Assembly (NCBI GenBank): GCA_051362555.1
Contig: CM120649.1
Span: forward strand, 2,542,001-2,606,000
Direction of reading: 5' to 3'
DNA: 64,000 nt
From: Lingula anatina
Taxonomy: Eukaryota > Animalia > Brachiopoda
Below are positions 44,413 through 58,505 of the stretch, in pieces. Numbering within the stretch: the stretch's first letter is position 1; each line of letters begins with the position of its first letter. Both the position numbers and the translations under genes were made by a program. The notes beneath the pieces were generated by a model. That model saw nothing but the letters and a program-made list of their open reading frames with translations, did no database searches and was not told the DNA's origin.

Positions 44413-46029
44413 TTTATCTCGGTTATTCGGTTAAAAATGAAGTTTTAGACACTGTCAAGACGTCAAGACACGCAAATTCATGTATAATGTACTTCAACTA
44501 CCATTTTGACGAAATCCTAACAAGATGTTAAAAAACAGAAATGTCTGAAGCTGAACGAGCTGAGAGGATTGTATAATAGGGGTATATACCGGTACATAAT
44601 GAATAGTAAAATGAATAATAGAATAAATAAAGCCTTAGTACAAATTATAACTTGCCTTGAATGCATGATACGTGTTCACTGTGCTGAGGTTTTTTGAAGA
44701 AAATTATTCAATATGTTGCACTCTTTCAAGAGAAGTAATATTATTTGCAATCTAGGCTTAAATTCTTTATGCATCTGGGATTGAATACACATTTCGACAT
44801 ATAATGTCGCACGTGCGCAGTAAACCTGTTTCTACTGCGTGTGGTGTTGCACGTGTCCCCGAGGGCATGCACACACGACTACCATTCAGCAAGAGTCCCC
44901 TCGGATTTGGATCGATAGAGCGATGGTTTTATTTGGAATGAGCCCTTGTTTGATAGATTCAGCACGTTCCCTCATGTACAAAATACGCAATTTCATCGTT
45001 TATCGCACGTGTTTCACGGTACCATAAGCACTGATAGTGAAAAGCGGACACGCTATGCACATACCCGATAGCGTTGTTGGCCTATCCAGGTTTTAACAGG
45101 TATTGTGTTATGGGAGATGATCCACGCTCACCTAACGCATTCTGACCACTGAACTCCCTGTAAAATCGCTCTGAGACCAGTGTATCATCTGCGGGTCAAC
45201 TACTGGTCCATATTTGAGGGGACAGAGAGATAAGCATTTTGTCAAAAAAAGAAAAGAAAAGAAAGACAAACACCATTCCATTTTGTTTTAAAAAGGCACA
45301 ATGAATGCGCTAATGAAGCAAAATATTCGTTATTCAAATGAAAAAATATTGGCATTCGATTTTCATTTTTTTTAAAGCCTTATAAATGGTTTCCTCATCC
45401 TTTCATACACCGGCCAGCATGTTGACTTAGCACTTCTAGTTAATGTATCTCTGTAAAGCACCATTGTTTTGGGCTAAAACAATTTGACGCCTTATCTTAG
45501 GATAACACAGACTGCAGCCAATAGAGGGTGGTAACATCTCATGCCGCGTTTGGACCGGGTTTAAATATCAAAATAATAATGGTAATTATATTTTTTAAAA
45601 GAGTTAAATGTCCAAAATAGTAAAATTACATAACAAATAAGATAAACAGTTATACACGGAAATGAAAAACAGTTTTGCTTAAATTTGCGTAGAACATGTA
45701 GACCTTGAATTGTTGGCAACACGCTCGATCTATTATCTATCAAAATGCATCTTTTTCCTCTGTCAAGCCTGCAAAATGCAGAAACAGGGTGACTGGATAT
45801 ATTGTGGGAAAACATACCACCACCACCAGCACCGCCTCTAGCCCAGACAATCCATTTCCAAATACCACCACCCAAAACATCCACCTCCGGAAGCAAAAAC
45901 TTAAACGCACTTAGCAAAAACCAAGCCGAACGTGACCCGTAACTCCCCATATAATCACGACATGTACGTACAGCCGCGCTCGTTATCGCCACATCCAGGC
46001 GTCAACGCTGTTTGACTGATCTTCCAGCC

Positions 46030-49000
46030 TGTCAGGAACCATAGTGTATAGAAAAAGTGTAATTAGTACTTTTAAAACTTACATTCATGTTGTTGTATTA
46101 ACTCAATCAGAGGAAGCCATTGTTTGATAAAATTCAGACAGGGGAAGCCAAGTTGTACAAGTTGTTCAGATAATGCTTCACACCTTGCAGTTCAAATTTT
46201 AATGTCCTTTGTTTCGAAGCCAGTAATCTGTTAGAAATAGATTACAGGGTGTTATTAGGAGTGCCCACCTGGAAGAAGGTGGACTTGTGTATGAAGTAAC
46301 CAATCAGTTTCTAAGCTACGTGATGGACAGTTTAACTGATAAAGTTTAGTATAAAGAAATCTGAAAACTGAAATCTAGAAGAGGATGTTGAGAGAGAAGG
46401 AGAGAGAAGTCATACTTGTATCATGTAACTTTTAGTGTAGCAAAATATATTCTGTTGAAGTTACAACATGGAGTCGTTTCATTCTTTTCCGTGTGCAGAA
46501 TTTAAGACAAGGAACCTGGGAATCTCCGTAGCAGTATTTTATTACAGATAGCGTTATCCAAAGTTGTGAGCCCATTGAGCCCAACCCCTAGGGTTTTATT
46601 ATAAAAGGGTTATTTTATGTAATGTGGGGGCCCCGGGATGTTTTAAGGGGGTTCCCCACAAGTGGCGTAGCTCGCCTTGGTCTTAAAATTATCTGCATGG
46701 AAAGAAATGTAAGGATTCCAGGTTGTAACAGCATTCAACAGTTTCTCGGCGAAATTTTGAAGAAAACACAGGAACAGGTAGGAAAGGAAAGCAAGATGAA
46801 AATCGGAGGAAAGGTAAATAACACTGTATCGTTCTAAGGTAAGTGGAAAACTGTTATTAAAATTGTTGAGGTTATAGAAGGAACCGACAACTATGTTATA
46901 TGCACATTTAGGAAGGTAAAATATGTATATATAAAAAAAAATCGAAACAGGTTTAAAAAGGTATTTATCTGTAGAAATATGTAGTTATTTTAATATTGTT
47001 ATGATTGTAATTTTGTCTGATATATAAGATATATTCAGTTTAGGAATAAGGTGCTTGGATGGGGATGTGTTTTTGTGTTGTGTGATAGTATAATGGGCAG
47101 AAACTTATCTTTTTCTTCAGTCAGGGTTTCTTGTTGTTGTAGAAGTCATTCTGAGATATTGGGATCTTTTAAGTCATAACCATAAGAACATGATGGATCT
47201 GACGAAGGAATTGGCACTGCATTAGGGAGAAGTCTTGTGTGTGGGAAGAGTTAGTTTCAGTCTGACGTTTTTGTGTGTGTGGTGCAGTGTGTTTTAGTAA
47301 AAGGCAGGAATTAATCTATTTCTTCCAGTCGTGGTTTCTTGTTGATGTAGAATGCATTCTGAGATTTTGGGGTCGCTAAAGTCATAACCATAAGAACATG
47401 ATTGCTCCGACGAAGGAATTGTCTCTGCATTGGAGAGAGGTCGTGTGTGGACGAAGGTTAGTTTCAGTCTGAGAAGAGTGGGTGTAAATAATCTCTTAGG
47501 TTTTCCTTCTCACAGGGGTGTGGAGAAGTGGAATTACCCTGCGGTTTAAAATATTTTTCTGAGTATTATTCTGAGTTGTATGTGTGGAGGCATAATTATC
47601 CTCGTGACCATAATGGATAACAAAAAGTCTCAACCTTTTCCGTGGGTTAAGGGATTTTCAGGCAACCGTGCCAGCTTTGGCCAGGGCAGGTTCGGTTGGT
47701 CTGGGCGAAGGGTGCTCATTCGTCTCAGACAATCTGTGGGTTCTTTGACTTGGTGGGATCGGTGGCTTGTTAACTTTTTTGGCTTCACTACGGATAAGAA
47801 AGGACGTTGCGTATTTGAGGGAAATAATGGACAGGTAATTGTCGGTAAATAATCTCCTGGAGTTGGAGATGTTTGGCTGGAGAAAGCCGGTGTTGTGTTC
47901 TCCTTAGAGGTAGGAGACAAATTTTTGGGACCTAAAGTGGTCAGTGGATATATTCCATGGAGATGGAGATGGATTATAGGAGCCAGTATGTGCAGTATAT
48001 TTTTAGTTTAATTACAGCTGAGTAATGTGTGAGAGATGTTTATGTCGTGTATTAAGACGGGACTGACCCAGGGGACACAGTTGTAGCTTGGTATATCAGG
48101 CCAGCCAACTTGGTGACTCTCATCAGGGTTGCATAGCCAGTCAATACTCAGACAAAATGAGAACACAGGCAGTGTACAGTTAATGAGTACATTGGGAGAT
48201 GAGTAAATATCACCTGTGTTGTTAGAAATGCATGGCAATGATAAGCTTATATTAAAATTTTAATCTTGTATTTGTTTCAGATATATGGAGGGGGTGAGAA
48301 AAGAAGATGTGTATTCTACTTTTCATAGGGTTATCATATTTTTGAAATTAATTTTTCCCCACTCGGGGAGCGTTTTTCAATTTCCATACTTTCAGGTTTA
48401 CGGCGCGGCTTACACCAGGTATCGTCACTGAGTTCTTCGCAACGCTCGTTTCGTCTTCATTCGGGGTCTACAGAAGTCAACAACGGTGTGGTGTGATAGC
48501 TAGGGATTTTCCACCTGCGGAGGCATCGTTGTTCTCCAAACTTCGAGTCGTCTTTCAACTACGTAACGCTCCGGCAACCTGCAATCTCCGACGTGGCTGG
48601 GCCGTGATCAGCACTGTTCCTATCGTCATCATGGGCTACGCTTTTCCGTGATTTTATGAAGAGGCCCTACTTCACAGTGACTGTACGCAAGATATACATG
48701 TAGACTATGAATTAATAACAAAGGACTGACATATATATTAAAAAGAAAGAAAGGTTAAAGCAAATGGTCGAGAGACAACTCGATTTTTATGTTTTTTTTT
48801 GTGCTGTCTGAGCAATTGGATAAACCTATGTCCCTCTTCCTAAAATGAAAAAAAAAATTAGGGAGAGGCTGGCGCAGCCGGCTCTCAGCACTGTTTTACA
48901 TTTGTTTCTTCAAGATGTTGCTTGTTCTGAATCATTATTATTACCTCAACTGTCGTCAAAACTTTCATTGTATATATGTTCCACATTATTATCATTGGTA

Positions 49001-49944
49001 TATTGTAACTTTTCAATGTATATACTTTTCATAGTGATGCTTATACCAAAACTTGCGATGTATATATCTGAATGGCGCTTATAGCAGTGTTATTGCTATT
49101 CCATCCGTTAATGTTCACAATTTTAAGGTGTCAACATTGTTGTTATAAGTTGTAAATACTTTGGTGTATATAATTTACATAGAAAAGCTTACGTGACTGT
49201 TATTTAAACTTTTAATCTATATAATGTAATACAAGTATATATTTCAATGGCAATTACAACATTTTAAGAAAAATGTCATATAAATATTCCATTTTCTTGT
49301 TTGGGAAAAGGAGAAATATGTCAGGAACCATAGTGTATAGAAAAAGTGTAATTAGTACTTTTAAAACTTACATTCATGTTGTTGTATTAACTCAATCAGA
49401 GGAAGCCATTGTTTGATAAAATTCAGACAGGGGAAGCCAAGTTGTACAAGTTGTTCAGATAATGCTTCACACCTTGCAGTTCAAATTTTAATGTCCTTTG
49501 TTTCGAAGCCAGTAATCTGTTAGAAATAGATTACAGGGTGTTATTAGGAGTGCCCACCTGGAAGAAGGTGGACTTGTGTATGAAGTAACCAATCAGTTTC
49601 TAAGCTACGTGATGGACAGTTTAACTGATAAAGTTTAGTATAAAGAAATCTGAAAACTGAAATCTAGAAGAGGATGTTGAGAGAGAAGGAGAGAGAAGTC
49701 ATACTTGTATCATGTAACTTTTAGTGTAGCAAAATATATTCTGTTGAAGTTACAACATGGAGTCGTTTCATTCTTTTCCGTGTGCAGAATTTAAGACAAG
49801 GAACCTGGGAATCTCCGTAGCAGTATTACAGATAGCGTTATCCAAAGTTGTGAGCCCATTGAGCCCAACCCCTAGGGTTTTATTATAAAAGGGTTATTTT
49901 ATGTAATGTGGGGGCCCCGGGATGTTTTAAGGGGGTTCCCCACA
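46030..49944 (+). mobile_element. Non-autonomous Gypsy-type LTR retroelement
   Basis: TGT...ACA LTRs 46030-46660 and 49319-49944, apparently identical except a 5-bp indel; 4-bp TSD AGCC; PBS-like TGGCGTAG at 46663; PPT GGGAAAAGGAGAAA before the 3' LTR; no gag/pol ORF; empty site at ~55858. Confidence 0.92.
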
Positions 49945-50003
49945 AGCCGAGTACTGTGGGACTCACGTTACTCTCTCTCTCCCACACACACACGCATTCC
50001 TAA

Positions 50004-51136
50004 GGGCCCCTTTACACTGGACGGCGTCAAAAATGCGTTCAAAAATGTGGTCAGGACGCTCAAAGGTCGATAAAGCAATTAAATCGTGTCTAAGTGTAAA
50101 GGCGTCTGCGTCCCTTGTGCGTCCTTTGAACGACCGTATCTTGATTTTACCTGTAAAACTGCGAGCAACCTGCCTGCCTCCACTGTACGTCCCCTGTGCA
50201 ACCCAAGGCGTCCATTGCGATGTTTAAGAGACCATTGAGCATTCTTGCTGCGTTCTCTGTACCTTCATCGGCGATCAGTGGCGTCTATTCTACGATCATT
50301 CTGCATCCTGCTTGACCGATGAGCATTATTTGGGCGTCCTTCTCTATATTCTAACTCATCGTTTCATCGGTTCTAACCAGGTCATCCAATGAAGAACAAT
50401 TCCAGCACACAAAACAAATAAATGGGAATAAACGCTTGAAACTATAGTGATGCAAGGTCTGCATGGACTGATAATCAGCCAGATGCTCATTGTTATCCTT
50501 ATAAGAAGGATGGACAGGCGCCGAATACGAGAAAGTATGACTGACACGACAAAGAATGTTTGAATCCGTTTTCAAATGAAGCATTCTGCAAAAAGTTCTG
50601 ACAATTAATCTTGTAAAAATGCAAAAATATTCGTTTAATAATTACCTCAAAAAATGGATTGTTTCATTAATTTTAGGGGAAAAACAATGGGAGGCTGATG
50701 TGAGACTACTGTTACCCTTAGAATTCCTGTCTGGTGAAAAATACCTCAGCACGGCCCCGTTTGAGAGTGAAAAAAAAACAACGTTCTACGTGTCGAACAC
50801 TGGACGATCTTTGAGTTTTCATTCTGCAACCAAAGCGATGCTTGTGCCTCTTTTCTACGACCGCGGCGCTGCTTGTGCGTTCTCTCTGTGACTACGGTGA
50901 TGCCTGTGCGTCCTTTCTGCGTCCATTGAGCGACCATCCTACATCGCGTTCTCTCTGCGATTGTTTTGAACATGCTTAAACTTTCGCGGCGTCCATGGCG
51001 TCCTCGGCGATGCTTGAACGTTCTTTGTGCGACCTTGGCGATCACTGTGCGTTCTTTGAGCGTCCGACGGCGTCCTGGCCAGTTTCATGGTCGCATAAAG
51101 GACGCATAAAGGACGCCGTCCAGTGTAAAGGGGGTT
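50004..51136. mobile_element. PIF/Harbinger-type non-autonomous element
   Basis: TIRs CCCCTTTACACTGGACGGCGTC / GACGCCGTCCAGTGTAAAGGGG with TAA/TTA flanks; absent at paralogous site ~55916. Confidence 0.8.
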
Positions 51137-51164
51137 TTACTCGCCCCTTGTCTGTAGAGAGATA

Positions 51165-51377
51165 GGGTCTATTCCCACAACTTTAGATCGATCTATCACC
51201 GCGGGGAGTCTAGCTAGATTACTGTCAGATAATCCCCCTTAAGTGTCCGTCCCCGCCTACTACAAGCTATAAGGGGTAATTAACTTTCGTGTCCGCCCGG
51301 CTGACAGCTATTTAGCGTGAACCCCAAGGGAGTTAGGTCGATCTAAAGTAGGTCGATCTAATCTATGGAAATGGGGT
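51165..51377. mobile_element. Small MITE
   Basis: Imperfect terminal IRs (..TTAGATCGA / TCGATCTAA..); absent at paralogous site ~55943. Confidence 0.5.
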
Positions 51378-53539
51378 GATAGACAGTCACGCCCACTACG
51401 CACGACACAGGCTGTTACTCATACAACTAAGAACAAGCTGAGAACGATACAAAGACTGCACTCTCTCGCTCTCCGTCTCCTTCTTCCTTAGTCAGGCAAG
51501 TGTTTTGATATAAACACCCACGTATATATTTTATTAATCATTAATAGTGTTGTGGTAGTGCATTTTCCTTCCTTTACCCGGTGTACTCTCCCTGCGCGGA
51601 GAGCACGCAATTATGGTAAGTACTGCGCACACCAGGTGGACAGCCCAACTTCCCCGCCTGATCCCGGCGAGTACAGATTACAAACTACTATAAAAATCCC
51701 ATCCACTTCCATTATAACGTTTAATTTTCTTAAGTACCTTCCATGCTTCAACAATACTTCTGGTTTAAACACTTCTACTCAAGGCTTAAAAATAATTTTA
51801 AAAAATCAGGGTACATTGATGATGTAGCCTTCCATGACATGACGTGACATGACATGACCTATAAGGTGCTGCCGTCAGTCGGCTGAAATAAACACTAAAA
51901 CGCAGCAGGGGGGAGGCCACGTAAATCTAGCCCCAGGCAGTAAAATTTCAACATGATATAAAAAAATAATTAACACAGCAAATTAAAGGTACATGAACAA
52001 ATTAATTTCTAAATTTAGAAATGTATTTAGAAAAATTTCAAATGATCCAAAATTGAAAAATAAACTCGTTTTTCTCTTATGTGCAAATGTCTTGCTTCAA
52101 AGTTACCAAACAAGGAAGGCCGGAAGTGACGTATAACCTACAACTCATACCACAGCCACTGAGCACACGAACAAAAATTCGTGCCTCGATGTGAAACTAG
52201 ACAACTTTGGTGTTTTTAGTCTCCAAGTTCTACATAATATCAATTGTCTAATAAATAAGACGATGTAGGGTTTTATGTTTAATGATGTGTGATTAAATTT
52301 ATTATCATTAAAGATCCCAATTACAACCAAGAAGTATTTTGGTTTAGCGCTTTTTAGATTTTTAATAAAACATTTAATTTTTACGAGGCTATAAATCATC
52401 TCCTGTAGATTAGTGACTTTGCCTCGCTTTCGAGAAATTAAATTTGTTGATCATTTCGTGGCATCGAAAGTTAAATGCGTTACGTCGATCCTTGTTGGGT
52501 TTTCTGACATGTAGTGCCTAAAATTAACCTTCCTACATTATTTAATGCAATTAGAAATAACATTCACCCTAGCGATCAAGCACTGTGTCTTTATCAAGGG
52601 TGAGAGAGTGGTGGAAAATTTCCTAAGGTACACATATAACACTATTAATACAAGAGGCAAATACCAACAAAATATTTCCAATATAATTTCTCAAAACGAC
52701 ACCAGGAAGCAAATTAGATTAAATCATACAAACGGTTAACACCGGCTGGCTTTGTCAATTTCACCCACTTTTTTTATTGCAAACAAAACACTTTTGCGCA
52801 TGCGCAGTCGTTTGAATCCTGTGCTTAGCTACCGTGCAGACGAATAAAAACAAAATAGAGACACAATACACAGTGATCTACAATCTCACTCCGTAAGTAG
52901 TGAATACTTTAATAGCATATTAATATTTACAGTTGACACCATACGGTGTTTTAAGTATAATATGGGCATATAATAAATAAAGCAATAGTGAAAAGACATC
53001 TTGTTGCGTAACAAATATGTAATCGAGTCGACCTACTTTATGCATTGTACAGTACATTGAAAGTGTGTCGCAGAGCTTCGACGGAAACATATGAAACTCA
53101 AGGACACTGGGTCATTTTAGATTTCTATTAATGTGTTTACACTACAGTTTGTTAAGCAGTATGGTAAGAGCCTTACGATAGACGTGCCATAGGGAATTTT
53201 ATATACGCCCTCAGCAAGTAGAACTGAGACAAGGAAGGTGGTTTAGGGTTAGTGTATCAACACGGGTCAATATTCCAGATTGTTGATAAGTGAGTCATCT
53301 TCGGGGACAATTAAAGGTTTTTTATCTTTATGCAGTGACACCTAAATAAATAACAGGTCTTTCCATGGTCTGTTTTCCTGTAACATTCCTCACCCCTATC
53401 TCCCCTTCCGTCTCTCTCTCTCTCTTCTTCTTCTTCTGTATAAAATTTAATAAGAATATACTCAAATGGGCTCCGACGAGACTCAACATCCGACCATTGT
53501 ACGCGAGATACCTGTCTTTCCAGGTTGCTGTAGTACGCC

Positions 53540-54303
53540 ATGAAGACTGCCTCCGTTAGCTACGTTTTGGTCATAGCCATTATGGCTGCCTGTGTGGAGT
53601 TTATTGGTGAGTTCCAAGCCATCACCTGCGTCTGTCGGCGCCGTCGTCGTGCACTCTTAGAGATACATGTAGCACGTTTGATAAGAGCAAATTAAATGAT
53701 AAGATGTTTGCCATATGCTAAATTTACGTTGTCCACGTTTTGTGCTGGTCGACAGAAATCGTTATACATTGATGCAAACTAAGTCAGGGAGAGGGTTGAC
53801 TATACTTTCACAACATGAGTTTAAAGAAAAAATGTTTCAATTGAGTGGATTCGGCGACAGACATACAAAACAGGGCAGCGAGCACACATTTACCTTAATA
53901 ATTTTCTACTTTTATTAAATTTCTTTCATTCATTTATCCAATACATATTGACATGTTTTAGGCTACGTGTTCCAGATTCCTTTTCGTATTCATTTTCTTC
54001 TTTACAGAGTGCGATCGTCTGCCCACAAATGGGATCCGTGTATACATCAGCATCGTGTCAGGTAACCTGGAAATTAATAAACGCCAACAGAAGATACAGA
54101 TGGTTCTCAGCGGGAAGAACATCGACGCACAGTACATCGATATCTCCTCAAACGCCGCCGCTAAGGAATTCATGAGGGAAAAAGCAGGACCGTTTACTGT
54201 TCCTCCACAGCTTTTTAACGGCGAGGAATACCTTGGTGATTACCAAGCTTTTGAGGAAGCAGCTGAAGACGAACGTCTTATGGAATTCCTAAAGTTGAAC
54301 TGA
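53540..54303 (+). CDS. SH3BGR-like protein with predicted signal peptide, copy D; join(53540..53606,54008..54303), 120 aa
   Basis: Acceptor TTTCCAG at 53523; ATG 53540 encodes MKTASVSYVLVIAIMAACVEFI; donor G|GTGAGT at 53607; 401-bp intron; acceptor TTTACAG at 54007 continues in frame ECDRLPTNGIRVYISIVSG...LMEFLKLN. The ancestral Met codon is AAT. Confidence 0.82.
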
Positions 54304-55959
54304 TTTATCTCTGTTATTCTGGTTAAAAATGACGTTTTTAGACACTGTCAAGACACGCGAATTCACCTGTATAATGTACTTCAATTGCCATTTGGACGAA
54401 AACCTAACAAGATATTTAAGAAGCAGATAGGGCCTATGTCTTAAGCTGGACGAGCTGAGATGATTGTATTACAGGGGTATATACCGGTACATAATAAATA
54501 GTAGGCCTAAAATGAATAATACAATAAATAGAGCCTTAGTACAAATTATAACTTGCCATGATACGTGTTCACTGTGCTGAGGTTTTTTAAGGAAAATTAT
54601 TCAATATGTTGCACTCTTTCAAGAGAAGCATTCATTATTTTGCAATCTAAGTTTAAATTCTTTATGCACCTGACATTTGAATACACATTTCTACATATTA
54701 TGACGCGCATGAGCGGGTAACTTATTTTTACTGTTCGCGTGTGGTGACTACCATTCAGCGAGAGTCCCCTCAGATTTGGATCGATAGAGCGATTGTTTTA
54801 TTTGGAAAGAACCCTTGTTTGATAGATTCAGCACGTCCTTTCATGTACAAAATACGCTAAACTATCGTGTATCGCGCGTGTTTCGCGGTACCAAAAAAAC
54901 TGATAGTGAAAAGCGGGCACGCTATGCCCATAGCCGATAGCATCGTTAGCCTATCCAGTTTTTTTTTATCAGATATTGTGTTAAGGGTGATGATTCACGC
55001 TCACCTAACGCATTCTGACAATTGAACTCCCTGTAAAACCGCTCTGAGACCAGTGTATCATCTGCGGGTCAACTACTGGTCCATATTTGAGGGGGCAGAG
55101 AGATAAACATTTTGTCAAAAAAAAAGAAAGAAAGACAAACACCATTCCATTTTGTTAAAAGGAACTAATGCGCTAATGTGGCAAAGCATCGTGATTTTAA
55201 AGAAAAATAACGGCATTCTATTTTCATTATATTAAAAGCCTAAAAATGGTTTCGTATTCCTCTCATACACCGGCCAGCATGTCGACCTACCACCCCTAGT
55301 TTGTGTTTATCTGTACAGGACCTTTATTTGAGCTTAAACAATATGATGCCCTATCTTATGATAACACAGACGGCGGACAATAGATGGCGGTAACATCTCA
55401 GGGCGCGTTTGGACCGGATTTAAATATCAAAATAATAATGGTAATTATATTTAAAAAATAAGACGTTCAAGAAAAGAAAAAAATAAAACGAATGAGATAA
55501 AATATTATACACAAAAATGAAAAACATTTTTGCTTAAATTTAGGTAGAACATGTACATATAGGCCTTGAATTGTTGGCAATTCCATTAACATGCATCTAT
55601 TTCCTCTGTCAACCTTGCAAAAACTGAACTGAACGTGTGACTGAAAAAAAATGGGAGGAAAACATACCCCCCCCCCCTCTCTGACCCAGACAATCAGTTT
55701 CCATAAGCCACCACCCAAAACGTCCACTTCCGGAAGCACACACTAAAACGCACTTAGCAAAACCAAGCCGAACGTGACCCGTGACTCCCCATATAAACAC
55801 CACAACTGCATGCGTTATCGCCACATCCAGGCGTCGACACTGTTTAACTGATCTTCCAGCCGAGCACTGTGGGACGCACGTTACTCTCTCTCCCACACAC
55901 GCACACACGCATTCCTGACGCGCCCATTGACTGTAGAGAGATAAGACAGTCGCGTCCTA

Positions 55960-56077
55960 AGCAGTCACGCCCACTACACACGACACAGGCTGTTACTCAT
56001 ACAACTGGGAACGAGCTGAGAACGACACAAGGACTATACTATCTCTCTCTCTCTCCTTCTTCCTTAGTCAGGTAAGT
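55960..56077 (+). other. Putative non-coding exon 1 of SH3BGRL copy E
   Basis: Ends CCTTAGTCAG|GTAAGT (donor 56072); homologous to the first exons of the other copies. Confidence 0.5.
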
Positions 56078-57423
56078 GGTATGATATACACACGCACGTA
56101 TATATTTTATTAATCATTAATGGCGTATTGATATATACCGCACGGTGTTTTAAAATACAATATAGGCAAAGCAGGAATAACGCAATAGTGGAAAAGACTG
56201 ATCTTGGTGCGTAACAAATATAATCGAGTCGACCTACTTTATGCATTGTACAGTACATTGAAAGTGTGTCGCAGAGCGTCGACGGAATCATATGAAACTC
56301 AAGGACACTGGGTCATTTTAGATTTCTATTAATGTGTTTACACTACAGTTTGTTAAGCAATATAGTAAGGGCCTTACGATAGACGTGCCATAGGGAATTT
56401 CATATACGCCCTCAGCAAGTAGAACTGAAACAAGGAAGGTGGTTTAGGGTTAGTGCGCGTATATCAAAATGGGTCAATATTCAAGATTGTTGATTAGTGA
56501 GTCATCTTCGGGGACAATTAAAGGTTTTTTTTACCAATGCATTTGCAGTGAAACCTAAATGAATAACAGGTCTTTCCGTGGTCTGTTTTCTCTAACATTC
56601 CTAACCCTTATCTCCCCTTCCTTCCGTCTCTCTCTCTCTCTCTCTCATATAAAACACGGAAGCATTAACATATCTACCCTGCATACAACGCGGAGATTTA
56701 AAAATCTACTTGTTTTATCGTGGTGATATTGGACTGTACAGCACCAGGATGAGTCACGGATAATGTGCCTTGCTCTACGTGCCCCTGTCTTCCTCGTTAA
56801 CCACAATGTTAATACAACCTGTCATATAGACAATACAATGGTCGACACAGCCGCGTTAATTTTGGACCCATAATCTCGAGTATAAGATTTGATCAATGGC
56901 GTTTATCTCACTGGGACATTTCATACATGAGAAGGTCACGCTAGAGGCCTTGTTGTTCAAGAGATATGGATTATTTATTGCAATTTGGACCAGTCAAAAG
57001 GCATTGTGAGAAAATTAAGAAATGCGAGCGAGTCCTGTCATATATAGCCGCTTAAATCGTGAATTTATGTCCAAACTTCAATAATTTGTTTTAATTAATT
57101 ACTGTTGCTATAAATCTTATCTCATGCAATCGTATATTTCACGCCAGTGTTTTGCCGTTTTTAAGATCGGCACTACTTAATGGGTTTAGAGAGAAAAGAA
57201 AAAGAAATGCCAATTAGGTTGGGCTAAGAAAAAAAGGAAAGAATTGCAAAGGTAATAAAACCCGTCAGATAAACAATACAATGGCAGACGGCATCAGTTC
57301 AATCAATGGCGTTAATCTTATCTCATATACTCATAGCTATACCCTGAAGGCTGTGACTCTTTTAAGCTCTGACTTATGACATCGGTGATAGGAACATTAT
57401 AGATCTTCACCAAATTAATATAT

Positions 57424-58505
57424 TGTAACGCGAATTAATATATTATAATGCGACCGGGTCTTCCTGTTACTCGGTGAAGTTTTTTGCTAGTCAGCCCTGT
57501 TTTACTAGAATTTTCAACGATCGCACTGCCGGGAAGGGAGCTGTCATCTTGTTACGTCATACAGCCTTGACATATTTGACGCCACCTCGTGACCTAAAAA
57601 ATGTCAACAAACGACGGTGCGGATGGAGTGAAGACGTAAATGATGCGCACGGACGACGTAACAAAGGTTGTGGAAAAAGAAAACGCATCGGAAGCAAAGA
57701 ATTGAAAAGGGAGACAGACAAAGGGCGAGGCGCGACAGAGCTGAATCGTGAGTTCCATTTGTCTTTCGGACCGTTAACTCCATATTAGCGTAACTGCAAA
57801 ACTCTTTAGTTTCGTTATTTTTGAGTTCCTTCTGTTTTGTTTGCGTTTTTATTTCATTTGTTCAGTGTCCAGGCATGAAGCAATTCTTACCGGTCATGAG
57901 GATCGCAAGGCATGAGGAGGTGTAGGTGGAATGCCTGAGAGTTGACCAGACTGTAGGAGAGTGATGAAGCCATGCGCCGCGAAAAAAGACTGGACCCATT
58001 CAGTTGCGTTTCCGTGATTATTTTTTTTATTTGAAATTTGGTCCAACGTTTTTATTTTTGCTCTGGACTCCGAAAGAAACGTTCACAAGTATTTTTGAAT
58101 TAAGTAACATGAATAACTTTAATTGCGTACTCGTGAGCTACTCAAACGTCTTTAACTTCGTGTACTATTGCAATTTTACAATCGGTCTCTACGTTTATTA
58201 AAGCTGTTGGTCTTAACTTGAAATCCACTCTTGTTGTTCGTGCTTGGGATATGCTTTCCCTGGGGAAATTCAACATCTCTCCCGTCCCGCGATTTAAATT
58301 TACGTGCCCTCGGGACCCTGGCGGGGAGGGCTCGCGTCACAATATTTTGAGTAAATTCAATCATTTTACCTTTGGGTAATCTTATACTTCGTCATTTTAT
58401 ACTTCACTTATACATCATCGTTATTTATTCCGATGCTCTTTATATATTTAATTAATTAATTTTGATATGAGTAATTAACCACGTTCACACTTGGAACCGG
58501 TCACA
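57424..58505. mobile_element. Possible solo LTR
   Basis: TGTAACG...GGTCACA ends with imperfect 4-bp flanks (ATAT/CTAT); no homolog in the paralogous introns. Confidence 0.35.
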
